A DNA stretch of 64,000 nucleotides, taken from Euprymna scolopes. Its lineage: Eukaryota. Below are positions 24,636-39,330 of this stretch, piece after piece (within the stretch, counting starts at the first letter, position 1; every line of letters begins with the position of its first letter). Below the pieces are notes generated by a model that worked only from the letters and a program-made list of their open reading frames with translations, ran no database searches and was not told the origin of the DNA. The translations under genes were made by a program, and so were the position numbers. The stretch lies in NCBI GenBank assembly GCA_053919585.1, contig CM132785.1. The stretch is one strand, 5' to 3'.

Positions 24636-25635
24636 TCATAATATCGACATTCGATAATTTAATATTATATTAGATGAAAATTTTTCAGGTTTCTAACTTC
24701 AATATTATTCGCTTATTGACAATTTTGGCATCAACTTGCAATTCTATCCCCGGGATGTTTTTCTTTAGTTCACAAATAGAGACAAATCACGAGCCGTCCT
24801 AATAATATCGGTTCGGACAACGAATTTAATGTTATTCAATATGAAAACACAGTCAACCTTTTCTTGTTAAAGCATTTGAATAGAAAACATATTTAGCAAT
24901 TATGAAAATCCAAACTTTTCGTTATAAGATCCATATAAACTTAGAAAACAACCCAAACACTTCATGAAAAGGTTAAATAATGATATACACTAATTCACTA
25001 ATGAAATGCAAGGGTTAGAACCCTACATACATTACAGCAACAAAAAGCATTCCTATCATGAAAGATCTCCCAACACATTTTGAACGTTTGAGTACGAAAA
25101 TAATATTAAAATGCAAAAATCTGAATCTAAAAAGACAGTGATATATTAAAGTCAAATTCCAATCAAATCAAATCATATCCAATTAAATTATAGGTTCCCA
25201 ACCACAAACAAGACATATTTCCCATTTTCATAGTAAATCTTTCTCTATAAGCCTGCATTACAACTACGCCATGAATCAAAGCTTATTGGTTACGTTTACA
25301 AATTATTTGAAGTTAATGAGAGTAAAATCATTTTTTTAAATTAAAAAAATTAAGGTATTTCAACGTTTATGAAAAGGAATAACCGGAATTTAAAAGTTAT
25401 TAAACATGTAAACATGGCAGTACTTTTAGATTCCCGCAAAATAATAAGTTTGCCTGATTGTTACGGTTACTGTTTAAATGGAATTTTCATACCTGAACTT
25501 GCAGATTAAATAACCTTAAGGAAAGCTGCTCTCACTTATCTTGTGGAAGATGATGATCCTGGACTTCCGCAATCGAGTAATTATGTCTAATTATTAAATT
25601 GTTTACTAAAAAAAGTAAACAATGTAATGATTTTG

Positions 25636-28600
25636 ATTTTTTTACATAGGCATCACCACATTATCAAGGCCAAGAGGCCACTCAAGGATAAATGTTAAAG
25701 AGTGTACAGAAGACATTTGACAATATAGTAATCATTAGTAATGAAAATTCGGTAAATTTGATAACTTATATGGAATGACTCATCAAGAACTTATTTACTT
25801 TAGACTTGAACACAACCATATTGTAGTCAGCCGGAAAGCAGGAAAACGGAAGACAATTCCACAGGCGTGCAGTTCTAAGAAAGAAGCTTTGTTCATGGAA
25901 TCTCCGTTTAGGTTTAGGCACATATAAAGAGTGGGGGGAATTATTGATAGTGTTTTCAGATGGACGAGTGTTTCTTTTGAAAGTTAGGTGAAGGGGGGGA
26001 CCATAGACTGAAGCTTAGTAGAACACTTTCCATGAAAATAACGATACATCAGAGCCAAACTCGCAACATCTCTACTGTGAGATAGAGGCTGCAGGGAAGA
26101 GAAAAGGACATCTCCTACGAGGCTACAAAGTGTATTTTGAACGCAATCAAGGCAAGTCCTTTCTAGCAGCTCCTGTCGAGATATTGCACGAGTACTCCAT
26201 CCTTGGACGTACCTGGCTCTTATATAGATAGAGAATTGCATCAGCAGTGAGATATCTACCGGATCGATAGAAGGATCCCACCATTTTTCCAGTGGCCTTG
26301 GCAACAGATTTGATGTACGTGTTCCATTTAAGATCAGGAGTAATGTCAAGCCCAGAAGCTTGTAAAAACTTGAGGCCTCCTCAAGACGAGAGCCATTCAT
26401 TTCAATTGATGCCAGATGTGGATCAGAATGTTGATGATGTAAAGAGAGAAGCTTGGTTTTAGATGCATTAAAAGTAATCAGCCACTCCTTTTCCCATTGT
26501 ACTACGTGCTCAAGATCAGAGGAGAGAAAAACGGAGATACCTTGGTCGTTTACTGTCTAAGATGTGCTACCATAAATGGTAGTGTCGTCAGCATAAATGT
26601 CTACAAATGATGTAAGGGTGTGATTTGGAAGATCATTAATGTAGATCAGGAAAAGAGTTGGGCCCAGGATTGACCCCTGAGGGACACCGGTATTAATACT
26701 GTGAGCTTCTGATTTTTGCCGCTCAACTACTATGAACGTATCAGAAAGAAATGGTTTAATAATTGAGAAGACATTTCAAGCTATACCATAGCTAGTGATC
26801 TTACGAAGTAAACCTTTATGCCATACCCTATCAAAAGCCTAAGATATGTCAAGAGCAATTGTCCTAGAAAGCTTGCCTCCGTCGAGAGATTTGCTAATCC
26901 TATGAGATATAACTGTAAGCACATCTGCTGTAGATCTAGCAGAACGGAAACCATATTGAGTGTCGCTAAGAAGGTTATTTTTGCTGAGATGGTTGATTAC
27001 TTCTGCATTTAACACAGATTCGAGCAACTTACTCATGACGCACGGGAGACTTATTGGCCTGTACTGAGAGGGGGATTAGCGATCACCTGAATTCTTAAAT
27101 ACAGGGCATACTGATGAAATTTTCCAGGGAGATTGGAAACTAATCTCCTTAAGACAACGTTTAAATAGTTTTGTAAGTATGGGCGCTAGTTCAGGTTGAA
27201 GTTTTTTGAGTACTATAATTGGAATACTGTCAGGGCCAGTTTCTTTACTGGAATCAAGGTTTTTGATTAGCTTGGCAACATCACGTACAGATATACGTAT
27301 ATCACATAGCGTGTTTTCTGATACAGGAGAAAATATTTGGGGTTGGCGGCCTTAGTCGCAAAGGGTAGAATTAGCTGCAAAGTTCTTGGCAAAGAGTTTG
27401 GCTTTGTCTGATGCTGACGAGATTACCTCAGGTCCATTGATGATAGTTGGGATAGAGCACACGCTTCTGTTCAGGATTCTGTATCTATTTGCCAAAAACT
27501 GGTGGGAACCAAACTGCTGCTCAGCTACTTTGGACTTAACGGATTGAGCATACAACTCTCTTGCGTTCTTTATTACTTTCTTACAATGGTTGCTGGCAGT
27601 CCTGAAAGCGGCTTTATTTTCCATACATCTATTACGTTTGAAGCAGTGAAAAAAGTGATTTCTGTGCGAATGGCAGCAGCACATTCTGGAGAGAACCATG
27701 ACTGGCTGTAAGGTTTTTGCTGAAACTTTTTCGAGTGTATGAAACGGTCTATACCTACAATTAACCATTCCGTCTGATACTATAGAGGACGCATCCTTTT
27801 TAAACATGGAATGCAGAGGTAGATCCGATATAAATGTACGGAAGCTATCCCAGTCAGCCTTAGTGTATCGATATACTGTACGATGGAGAGGTACGTCTGG
27901 GGACTTATTATATTTCATTTTTATCTTAATTGATACAACAGAGTGGTCGGAAGATCCAAGATCCAAGAGGCGACAGAACAGAAACTGAACATAGTTCAGG
28001 GCAAGTTGTGAGAAAAAGGTCTAGTAGGCTCGCATAATGGCCGTCATTGTCGGGCGCACGGTTGGGTTCCTGAACAATCTGAGTGAGGTCATAGGCAATG
28101 GAGAAATCATGACAGAATCTCCCCTCATCATCGGTCTTGTTTGAGTTGGTCAACCATTCGAAGTTGTGAACATTGAAGTCTCCACATACGTGAATGTATG
28201 CTGAAGGATAAGCAGATAGGACTTGGTAAATTTTCTCAGATATGCTTTTAAAGATAGTAACTCCGCTATTGTGATGGGCGATAGAGAGTAAATATAAATG
28301 CAGTAGTGTGAGCTAAAGCAACCCGGAAGCACATATAGGGTACGTTAGGATCTTCCCTAGAGATGTCCCTACCATATGGAAAGCTATCTTTAATATAGGC
28401 ACATATTCCATGCCCATGGTGATCTTGAGGGTCAGATTTAGAAGTTAAGTTAGAGTATCCTTTAATTGTGAACTCATCTACGGAAATAGCCTGTCCAATG
28501 CCAGTTTCACTTAAAAATAAAAGGTCTGGTTTAGTCTCCTGTAATTGGGTTTCAACCTCTGAAAGGTTAGAACGTAGACCCCTGATGTTGGAGAAAGAGA

Positions 28601-29228
28601 CCTGGTAGTAGGGGTCTACGTTGGAAGTTGGAGAACCTGGTTTAATCGTGTATTTTTTCTTGAAACTTTTCATGATGAAATTTTGGAATATGTGGACTAG
28701 GTCGTAAGATTTACTTAGAGCAGGACAGAGAGGGGAAACTAAGAGAGAAAAAGAAACGAATCATTTTTTTTATTTGTAGCTCATGATAAGGTAAAGCCGT
28801 AACAATTACCCACTAGTATGGCATCGAGAGGCCCCACCAGAAGCTACTGCATGGTCCAGAATCCATTCACCAAATGGCAATATAGCAGCCCCAGTACTTT
28901 GCACCTGCTGATAGGACAGCCTCCTTAGTGGTTAATCCAATGTTCGGGTCCCTGACTATCAGGCGGATAACGTCAGCCCAGACAAAACGTTTAACTCCAG
29001 AACGCTTACTAGTAACATGGCTACAAGGATAGACATAGAAGCAGAAAATTTCCGCCATCTCTGCCAACTGTTCGCGCAAAATACTGCCAACCTATAAAAC
29101 AGCTTTTTCTTCTCCCTGTGTCAGAAAAATCACTCATTAAAAAATGAGGACTGAGGGACAAATAAGAAGAAGCGAGAGTAACGGGAGCTGCCGATAACGC
29201 ATCCACAATGCGTGTTCTACTCTCCATT
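25636..29228 (-). mobile_element. Full-length CR1-group (Zenon-like) LINE, family A, diverged subfamily; disrupted
   Basis: Collinear with 12396-15962 from the 5' end (AATGGAGAGTAG) to the 3' tail; APE and RT motifs present, YADD at 26584-26595. Confidence 0.93.
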
Positions 29229-30559
29229 AAAAAAAATTATTAAGTATTCTACTCATTAAAAGTCCAACACACGTGTTTAAGGGAAGGTATGGTGATAGAT
29301 TCCCCTCTCACGAACTAAAAATGAGTACAATTTCGTAATCTATTTTTGCAATCAACTTGGTAGATAAATACAAATTTATGGACGAGAAAAAAGCTAGCAT
29401 TTAATGAAACAGAAATACATAAATTAAATACTGAAATAAAATGTAGGTATTAATATTTGAATTTAAAAATAAAAAGTACGATTTATATAGAAATCACTTA
29501 TTTCAACAAAAATACTTCCGTCTCCAAAATGCAAACTGTAGTGAAGAATGTAAGTTTTAACAGCGTTCAAAAGATTTTTATTTTAAATTGTTTTTTATTG
29601 GGTCTTACTGTTCGTATATGTAATTTATCTATTGATGTATTGAGAATTTTTATTAAGATCTGTCGTCCAAATACATACATAATCTTGTTTATATGTTAAT
29701 TTTTTTGTTAACCTCAAACTAAGCATCGTTAGGCGTTGATTTATAACGGATAAAGTTGGAAAATTTGGAGCATATTATTGTTTCAAATTTTATTGTAATC
29801 TCCTCAGCCGAGGAAAGAAGGGACGGGGAGTGAATTCAAAATCAATGTGTCTGAGCGAAGTAACAATTAAATTTGAAATATTTCCGTATATTAAGAACGA
29901 TACATTTTAAGGGTGGGTACATTACGGATAGACTGAACAATCGGATTATTTTACTCTGAATGAATACGAATGCAGTAAATTCAATCGCCAACAATAGATG
30001 AACAAATATGATTGAATTACTTTCATTATCCTTAGTCTTAGCCTTGTCTTCTTTTTCTTTTTTATGTGATCTCTGGGGATAGAGACGACATGATTTCGGG
30101 ACATCCAATTATTTTTTTTAATTAATAGAATAGTAATAATGTAAACATCAATTGATCCTTAACAAAATCTTACTGAAGGAACTTGGCGATTGAAGTATTC
30201 TTTTGTTTTCATATAACTCTACTTTATGTTATATGGTGTAGACGGATGTGTGCCCTGGTGACGAACTCCCGTCATTGCGTTCAGTTTCCATATATCCTAC
30301 CACCTTACATTTTTCTATATAAATAAACTTGCATATTCTGTTACTTTCTGATTGGTCGCCTTGATCTGCTACACAACATTAGCGAAACCAAAAAAATATG
30401 CTTCGTCGCTTACGAAACAGTTGGACTTTTCTTTTCGTCTAATTCGAAACTGACAACGAACAAACGTGAACGAAATAACGCCTGTCGTAAACGAAAAAAA
30501 AAACGTATTTATACGCTGCAACCATGAACTCCGACTAAAATTTCGTCTTATTTTCTTAT

Positions 30560-30920
30560 AGGAAATATTCTAGTTTCAAGTGCCAGTGCTTCTCTACACT
30601 AGTCACATGCTAACCGTGGGCACTTTTTGCTATGGTTCTCCTTATTGGAGAATGGCGCCTCAGATAGTCATATGGGTTTGCACTTCGCAAGGTGTATATT
30701 CCCAGCTTTTTTAACATAAACAAATTTGTACTATACAACTGGCCTGTAAATTTAGATTGAGTTTTCTTGATAAAATTGCAGTTACTCCTTGGCTTCTTTT
30801 TAGGTTGGCATTGATCTTTGCTTGTTTTGCTGATTCTAAGCAATATTACTCTGACGAACCTATCCCTTTTCGATAGTATCTCTAAATGATATGAGGTAGT
30901 AATGCTTTCATAAGCACAGG
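30560..30920 (-). pseudogene. Decayed Tc1/mariner N-terminal (HTH) remnant
   Basis: LKKLG..ANP..LRRHSPIRRTIAKSAH resembles the Tc1 KKP.L..H..RL.FA..H segment. Confidence 0.35.
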
Positions 30921-32432
30921 CTGAACTAAACGAAAAATGACGTAAAAAATCAACTCAGCAGTACTAATTCATATTTATTTGTATTTGCAAATTAAACGCA
31001 GACAACTAATCCCGAATTTATTTTTTACACACGATTTAATTAAAATTGTCCTAGATAATGTGTAAAAATAATAGATAAAAAGAGAAAGTAAAGTACATGA
31101 ACGAAATCTGTTACTGGATATAAGAATATGGATAACTTTTTGGACAAAAATGATATATTATTTATTTGATCATAAACATAAATTACAGGCCATCGGGAGT
31201 CTGCAGTCAATTTATAGATGATATCGTCAAAGATGAGGATTCAAGTTGTTGGAGAACAAACTCCGTAATTTCTTTTTGTCGGCACATGCCGCAAAGAATA
31301 AACTTTGCGAATAAAGTGTATGTTTTCTGAATTGATATGATACGACCTTTTGTGATCGAAATCCTCTATTGTTGGCATTTTTCATTTTTACTTACTGGAA
31401 ATATTATGCGATGGTTACCCGAATCCAAACGTTAACGTGATGTTATAGAACCACTTCAAATAGAACTTGACGCCCCAAGTAATTTTATTCTATACTTCTT
31501 CAACATATATGATATATTGGTAAATATGTTTGACATGCTCTCCTTCCCACACTGGTATCATCGCTAATTTCACTAGATATACAGAATAAATATAAATTAA
31601 ACTATGATGGTGTATCTGCACATTGGTAGTTCTAAAGTCGTCGGAGAAACATATTTTATAGTTTATTTAGAGCATTCGAAATGTTGTTCCCATTATTGTT
31701 TTTATATCAAGAATGCTTCAGCCGTTATGCTCTATAGCCTTCGTTATGTATGATTTGATTTATTGTTTAACGCTCTGAAACTTTTCAGATTCCCGGTGTC
31801 TTTTCAAATTTTAAAAAAGTACACCTTAAAATCGGAGAGAAAAACCGTCACAAGTTTGTGAATAAGGAAACGATGAAAATAACACTCAGAATACTTGTAG
31901 TTATTTAAATAAATACCTCGTGTCGAAGACATTGTAAAATTAACAGTGAGTATATCTTGTGATGTACTTTTAAGTACAAACTTCCATGCTTCTGGATTTA
32001 TTATATAAAAAAATAAAAATATATGTGGTATATCACAATTCACAAGGTACATGTTTGGATAAAAGTATAACAATAATTTCGTAGGTATATTACTTAAAAG
32101 GTGTATGAAATGAGCTTTATGTTCTTTGTTTTTTCAGACAATTCATATATACAAATAAACACAAAAAATCGTAAGGATTTGTCAGCCATTTTAAATTAGT
32201 CAGACTTAAAAAGCTTTGAAAGGAAAATATGAAATGACATGTCAAGATTTAAGTGATTTGAAATAACAAATGATATAGAAACTAGTTAAGAAACTACGTG
32301 AGACAATGAAAATTGATGACAGTAAAGCAGACAGAATTCGTGAAACAGCAAACAGAAATAGAGTGAAATTCGTGCACGGGAAACATAAACTTACAAACAT
32401 GACCCTAAATCATAATAACTTTACAGTATCTT

Positions 32433-34765
32433 CTTTTTTATTACATTTTCATCCCAAACAAGGCACATTGCCACTGTGGTGTAGGGGGCTACTATCAGGG
32501 GCAGCAGCTATTGGGACACTGTGTTGGGATTTGGACAGCAAGATGTCGGTTCACGTTACACTTGAACTTCTGCATGTCAGTACAGTTGGGGAAGCAGGGA
32601 CCTGGAATGGAATTCCAGAGTCTAGCGGTGCTGAGGAAGAAACTACTAGAGTAGAAAGATCTTCTCCATCTAGGGACCACTACTGTGTGGGGGGTGGGAT
32701 TTAGTTGCCTGTCGGATCTGTCGAGGGTGTCTACGTCGTGTGGGCACAAGTGTCTGCAGTTCGTCAGCATTCACCATTGAAATACTTGTAGAACAGGCAG
32801 AGGGATGCAACGTTTCCTCGATGGGACAGAGGCTGAAGCTTAGATGCCAGTTCAGGGCCTATCAGATTGGCGACTCTCTTTTGAACCTTGTCTAGGAGCG
32901 AGAGACTAGCAGCAGATGCACCAGCCCAAATGTGACAGTAATACTCCATACATGGGCGAATGGTGGCCTTATAGAGGTACAGGATATTTTCAGGTGTCAG
33001 TAGTTTTCTAGCACGGTAGAGAGCGCCTAACTTTTTCACAGCGGCCCTGGCAATGTGTTCAATATAATTGTTCCAACTCACATTTCATGTGAACGTTAGG
33101 CCAAGCAGTTTGAAAGATGTACTCTCAGACATGGAGTCACTGGCCATTGCTATAGGTGGCAGAGAAGGTTCCTTGTAATTATTGAAGGAAACCAGTTTAG
33201 TCTTGGCAGCATTGAATGTGACCATCCATTTTTGTCCCCATTCCACTACAGATTGGAGGTCATCCTCTAGTATTTTCGACATTTCTTTAGTTATGTGTTC
33301 ATTTGTTTTCCTGTCATGCCTGTTATAGAGTGTGGTGTCATCAGCATATATACCCATCTCAGAGGCAGTTTTGTCGGGGAGGTCATTAATAAATATTAGG
33401 AACAATAGAGGTCCACGGATAGACCCCTGAGGCACTCCCGCATTTATATCACACTGTTTAGATGTGACAACCGTCGAGGAAAACCTGGATTTTTCTCTTA
33501 TCTAAGAAGGATTTAATTGTGTTAAGTATTCTACCAGTGATACTGTTTGATCTAATTTTCCTGAGTAGACCCTTGTGCCATACTCTGTCAAAAGCCTTAG
33601 ATATATCTAGAGCTACCGCTCTGCCTTCCCCCGCCTTGTCCAGTGAATGGTATATACGTTCAGAGATTACAGTGAGGATGTCTGCTGTTGAACGGTCTTG
33701 TCTAAATTCATATTGTTTGTCAGTCAGAAGTTTAGCATCTTTAAGGTGACGGACTAGAGCATAGTTAATTATGGTCTCAAATATTTTGGCGAAAAGTGGG
33801 AGAAGGCTAATGGAGCGATAATTTGATAGGTCAGTTCTTTCGCAAGAATACTTGAATACTGGTACCACAGAAGCAGTTTCCAGCAGCCCGGGAAGTATGA
33901 TTCATTAAGGCATTTGTTGTAGAGTTTGGAGAGAACTGGAGCTACTTCGGCTGAGCATTTTTTAATGGCACTGCTGGGATGAGATCAGGTCCACATGCTT
34001 TTGAAGTGTCAAGGTTTTTTATAACAGCATGTACCTGAGCAGGGGTTATTTGTAGATCGTCTAGTGTGGCGTCTGTCCGCAAAGGAAAGCCAGGTATGGA
34101 GTGGTTGGAAGGGTCCAGTGTGGAGTTTGAGGCAAACCGGCTGGCAACCATATTAGCCTTGTCGGTTGCTGAGCAAGAAACCTCATGATTATTGGTTAGT
34201 AGAGGAATTGTTGATCGCCCATTATTTACTACTCTGTTGTAGATTTTCCAGAAGTCACGATTTCCTAATTTCTGTGTTTCGATGCGCTTTTTAGTGGTTT
34301 CAGTAAATTCTCTCTTAGCTGTCGCTATTTTTATCTTAACGTTACTTCTAGCTTCTATATACTTCTGTCTGTTTGAACTGGACTTATGTCGGTTAAATCT
34401 GCGGTATGCATGCTGCCTTTGAGCAATGGCAGTTGCGCAAGTAGAAGTAAGTCATTGGGGAGAGTGGGGCTTGCTATAAAATTTCTGCATAGGAACATGT
34501 GCTTCAATTGCTGTTTTGAACCATTCAGTGGTCTCATTTGCGCACTGCACAGCAGGAAGAGAAAAAATATGTCCCCATGGGGCATCTCTGATAAGATCTC
34601 TGATGGCTTCCCAGTCAGCCTTTTTATAATATCTCGTTGTTTTGAGCACTGGCTCTTCAGTTTTGGGTCTACAGTTTAGGGTGATTTCGGCCATTATCAC
34701 TGCATGATCAGCGTTCCCGAGTGGGCTGTCAGCATTTGTTTTACACTCTTCGGTTAATGACAGGA
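32433..34765 (-). mobile_element. CR1-group LINE, family B, 5'-truncated
   Basis: RT motifs LDISKAFDRVWH, PQGS, IYADDT and MEYYCHIWAGA; end of APE (ADH); A-rich tail. Confidence 0.92.
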
Positions 34766-35357
34766 AAATCCGACTTTATCAAATTTCATTTCATTTTTGC
34801 TTTTTATGCATTTATTTTACTGTTTAAGTTTAGGTAACTATGCGTGTTGTCCATTTATACTCGTCTATTTTGGTTCACCACATCTAGTTAATCGTCTGTG
34901 CTAAACAAGTACTAGGAGACTGATGTTTTTTTAAAAAAAAAGGACGGGCACAAAACATTACGAAGAGATAACTTGTAAAGTGATACAGATAAAAAGATAG
35001 GTAGATAGATAGTTTATCTCGCTAGATCCGGTTATACAGTATGTTGCCGATAGCAGTCTGACGTCATTCCTACTTGAAATCTCGCCAGCTAAGTGGAAAA
35101 AGTTTTCCTTGGAAAACACGTTCTCTTCTTTTTTGACGTTGCTAACGCAGTCATTGGAGTTTCTCGACAGTACACACATCAATCCACATCTTACTACATC
35201 AAGTGAAGTTATCTGAACACAAAAGTATAAGTATAGCAATTACAAAGTTTCTTTAGTTAAAATCTAATTATGAATACATTTAATGTTATGATCTTACAAT
35301 AATCACTATTTCAGTAAATTAAAACTTAATTGGATTCTTCAACATCTGGTCGTCTCT

Positions 35358-35439
35358 TATCATCACTTCATGGATTTTCTAATCTGCACATCACAATGGT
35401 GTGTGATGTGCAGAACAGCAAATCTATTGAGTGATGATA
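35358..35439. repeat. ~80-nt imperfect hairpin
   Basis: TATCATCACT..TCTGCACATCACA / TGTGATGTGCAGA..AGTGATGATA. Confidence 0.8.
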
Positions 35440-35540
35440 CCAACGGTGCATCTAGTCATGTACAACCGCCAAACTTTTAAGTGTTCTGGCGGAACCTTCC
35501 CAAAATTCGTGTATTGCTCTTGGTATCAAGGTAAAAACGT

Positions 35541-35599
<59 letters not shown>

Positions 35600-35603
<4 letters not shown>

Positions 35604-35713
35604 GTGTTCATTTACGTTTCGTCTTTATTTCGAGACTTCCTCGTGATGAATGAGATATATATATATATCAGAGGAAGTCTCGAAATAAAGACGAAACGTT
35701 GATGAACACATAA
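35600..35713. mobile_element. Inverted pair of degenerate HHR-bearing pLTR-like fragments within (TA)n
   Basis: GAGGAAGTCTCGAAATAAAGACGAAACGT occurs on both strands around a short TA spacer. Confidence 0.65.
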
Positions 35714-35777
35714 TACGGTTTGTTCTTTTTATTTCTCTATTTCCATTTTTTTATCATATATATATGTATATGTATAC

Positions 35778-35836
<59 letters not shown>

Positions 35837-35839
35837 GTT

Positions 35840-36087
35840 TCAGGAGGGTTGAAACACTTTTTAAAGCTGATCTAATAGTTGTCGTATTTTATTCGCTTTT
35901 TGTTTCGATCTCAGCCCGAATATTCTTTACTTACAAGAGGTGAACTATTTAGAAAGCACACCATACTCATATGGACCTGTCACCGTTTCTTTCTGTTTTT
36001 TATTTTTAATTATTTAGTCTTGTACTCCATTTCTAAAGGGATTTAGCGTTAGGTTTTATATCGAGCAACGCCGTGTACATCTTCTTG
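35840..36087 (+). mobile_element. Helitron family H1, partial copy
   Basis: Shared internal block; GAGCAACGCCG terminus with a decayed CTAG. Confidence 0.55.
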
Positions 36088-37059
36088 TACTGCTATAAAG
36101 TTAATTGTTTATGGAAACTCCTCATTAACAGTTGTAACTCATCTAGTCTTCAGGTTTAAAAGTAGAACAGTTTAATATGACTTCTTAGAGCATTTAAGTT
36201 TCACCCTACTCAGAGTATTTCATCAGAAGGAGCCATACATTTGTCACATTAAACTCAACATCTGTCATGTTCAATATTTAAAATTGTTCTGCATTGTGAT
36301 TTTGGTCAGTTTTACGACACACGAATCCTGTTATTCACTTACATCATATAAATTTGGTTATTATTTAAAAGCGTATCAATTTTTTTGGTAATTCTAAAAT
36401 ACTTAAACACCAATCCAATTGTTGCATCATTTATTGCAAATATTTACAAATATTCGTGTCACAATTTTGATAAAAAAAATATCATTGTATGAGTGAACAT
36501 AATGATGTCGAAAAAATTTTAACTCGACCTGTGTATTGTAAAGTGTGCACCGTAAACATCCAAACTATGTAGACGCAAATATACGATAACATTTAGATTT
36601 CGCCACTAATTTATGGCACGTTTAATTTTATAGAATAATAACATTGTATATATATATAATATATATATATATCTTTTATTTTAAAAAATTTGTGGAATAA
36701 TAAAATTGTATATATATACATATACATATATATTGATATATTTATATATATATATATCATGCACATCATATCTTTTATTATTAGTTCTTTTCTGTGTCAT
36801 ATTTGATCGAATGTATATTAATAAAACACAAGCTTATATATCTAATAACCAATGACAAATCAAATGGGTAAATCCTTATAGCTTTATCAAATTTACAATT
36901 CAATTTATTTATTTCGGTATTGTTTATACATATTCATGTATATATATACAAAGTTAGACACACGGATATTTATTTTTCAGATTATCAAATACATATCATT
37001 TCCCACATACACATAAAAACCTACAAAAGTGCACACATAAGTGCGTCAATCAAATTATG

Positions 37060-37177
37060 AAGTATATATTAAATCTGTCTCCTAAATAATTAAATATTCT
37101 GATGCCAATTGCCTTTCATCATATTTCCAATAACTTGTATATGTCAACAATTCTCGGAGAGATAATTTCATATATAT

Positions 37178-37246
<69 letters not shown>

Positions 37247-38080
37247 GTGTTTGTGTTATTATGCTTATAAAATTNNNNNNNNNNNNNNNNNNNNNNNNNN
37301 NNNNNNNNNNNNNNNNNNNNNNNNNNNNNNNNNNNNNNNNNNNNNNNNNNNNNNNNNNNNNNNNNNNNNNNNNNNNNNNNNNNNNNNNNNNNNNNNNNNN
37401 NNNNNNNNNNNNNNNNTAAATGCATATGTGCTCTTATATACTCCATCATGTTAACATATTATACTTTTCATAGCCGTATTTTCGTAACGCATATTTACTC
37501 AAAATATATATTAAATTTGTCTCCTAAATAATTAAATATTCTGATTGCAATTAACTTTCATCATATTTCCAATAACTCGTATATGTCAANNNNNNNNNNN
37601 NNNNNNNNNNNNNNNNNNNNNNNNNNNNNNNNNNNNNNNNNNNNNNNNNNNNNNNNNNNNNNNNNNNNNNNNNNNNNNNNNNNNNNNNNNNNNNNNNNNN
37701 NNNNNNNNNNNNNNNNNNNNNNNNNNNNNCTACTATAATTATTCACACACGCACACACAGATATATATATATATATATTATATGTGTGTGCGGGGAGTGT
37801 ATGTGTAAGTGTGCGTGTGTGCGTGCGTGTGTGTGTGTGTGTGTGCGTGTGTGAATATGCTTATGAAATTATCCCTACTATAATTATTCACACACGCACA
37901 CACACAGATATATATATATATGTGTGTGCGGGGGGTGTATGTGTATGTGTGCGTATGTGCGTGTGTGTGTGTGTGTGGTATCTCATATATATGAAAATAA
38001 ATGCATATGTGCTCTTATATACTCTATCATGTTAACATATACTACTTTTAATAGCCGTATTTTCGTAACGCATATTTAGC
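37060..38080. repeat. Tandem duplicated microsatellite-rich unit containing two assembly gaps (N 37275-37416 and 37590-37729)
   Basis: Sequence flanking each gap recurs elsewhere in the block (e.g. TAAATGCATATGTGCTCTTATATACTC near 37417 and 37998). Confidence 0.85.
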
Positions 38081-38299
38081 CATATGCATGCTTAATAACA
38101 TGCGAGTATCATTAAACCAACATATGGGTACAATAAGACACTTACATACATATGACGAGGAACAACGATCATTCTGATATTCACCATTATTATTCTATAC
38201 CAGATATTGAATGCAAGATATGTGGATTTATATGAATAAAAATGTTCTTTTTATATTTTTTTGTTTTTATTTTTTTATTGCAAACGGCTTTATAAGTAG

Positions 38300-39330
38300 A
38301 AAATACTTATTTTTTTGTGATAGGTTGCCGGGCGCGAAATTTAAAAAAAAACTCAATAGTTTGTGGCCATCTAAAACAGATTGGGAACAACTTGATTTAC
38401 CTCTCTAAGTAAAACCATATAATTAACGAGCGTCTTCCTTATCTTACGCTGCCTATACAGCTAGCTAATTGACGGGATTAGTCAATTATTGGAGTAGAAC
38501 ATGACCACAATACATTACAGTTGAGAAGACATACCTACGAATTAATTCTTTCTCACCTTATAAATACGGCTACACATTTGGGGGCAAATGAGATTGGTCA
38601 CAAAGTAAGTTTATCAGAGCAAGTTCGAGAGAAAATATTCTTGCTAACCTGTTTATACTTGTACTGCGGTTTACCATGGATATAATATTCGGTCTGATAT
38701 CTAGGTCTGTGCTATTTTTCCTTAACCATCGATCATAAAAATTACGATATCTTCTATATCATTATTTAAAAATTGTAGCACTTTTGAAACTTGTGATTTA
38801 AAGAAACGAAAAGAAAATTGCAATATTGACAGAAATACTCTGATAATAGTCTGTATAGAGAGGAAACTTCTAAATATTTCTTTAAATTCTATCCCAACGA
38901 AAAATTTACCATAGGTTTAATCAATGTTCTGATTAAGATTAGGAAAGTAGGTGTAGAAATCTTAGAGATCATAATTGATAGAATGAATGCGGCATATAGT
39001 GATATTAAAGCTAGAAATATATAATGGAGTAAACATTAGCAAGGTTCGAAACAGTTTCGACCGGACAATGATCCTTAACATACTGCAGAATTAAAATGCA
39101 TTTTAAAAGAGAATAGACGTTCTGGAATGGATAAGCATTCTTTGATCTCGAATATTGTGAAAGATTATGGGTAAAGCGGATGTCGATATTTAGAGATTGG
39201 AAATGCAATGTAATAAAGGAATTACATCGTGGAGAATGAAAAGATGTTAGTAAAAAACATGCAAGAAGTTTATAGAGTATTGTTCACATACATTCCTGCT
39301 GCAGTTATCAAAAATTATTATGCTTATTTT
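38300..39330 (+). pseudogene. Decayed Tc1-family transposase
   Basis: QFRPDNDP*HTA matches the FQQDNDPKHT motif (~39052-39087), followed by VLEW.S.S.DL..LW-like sequence; upstream IWG and RMNAAY. Confidence 0.72.
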
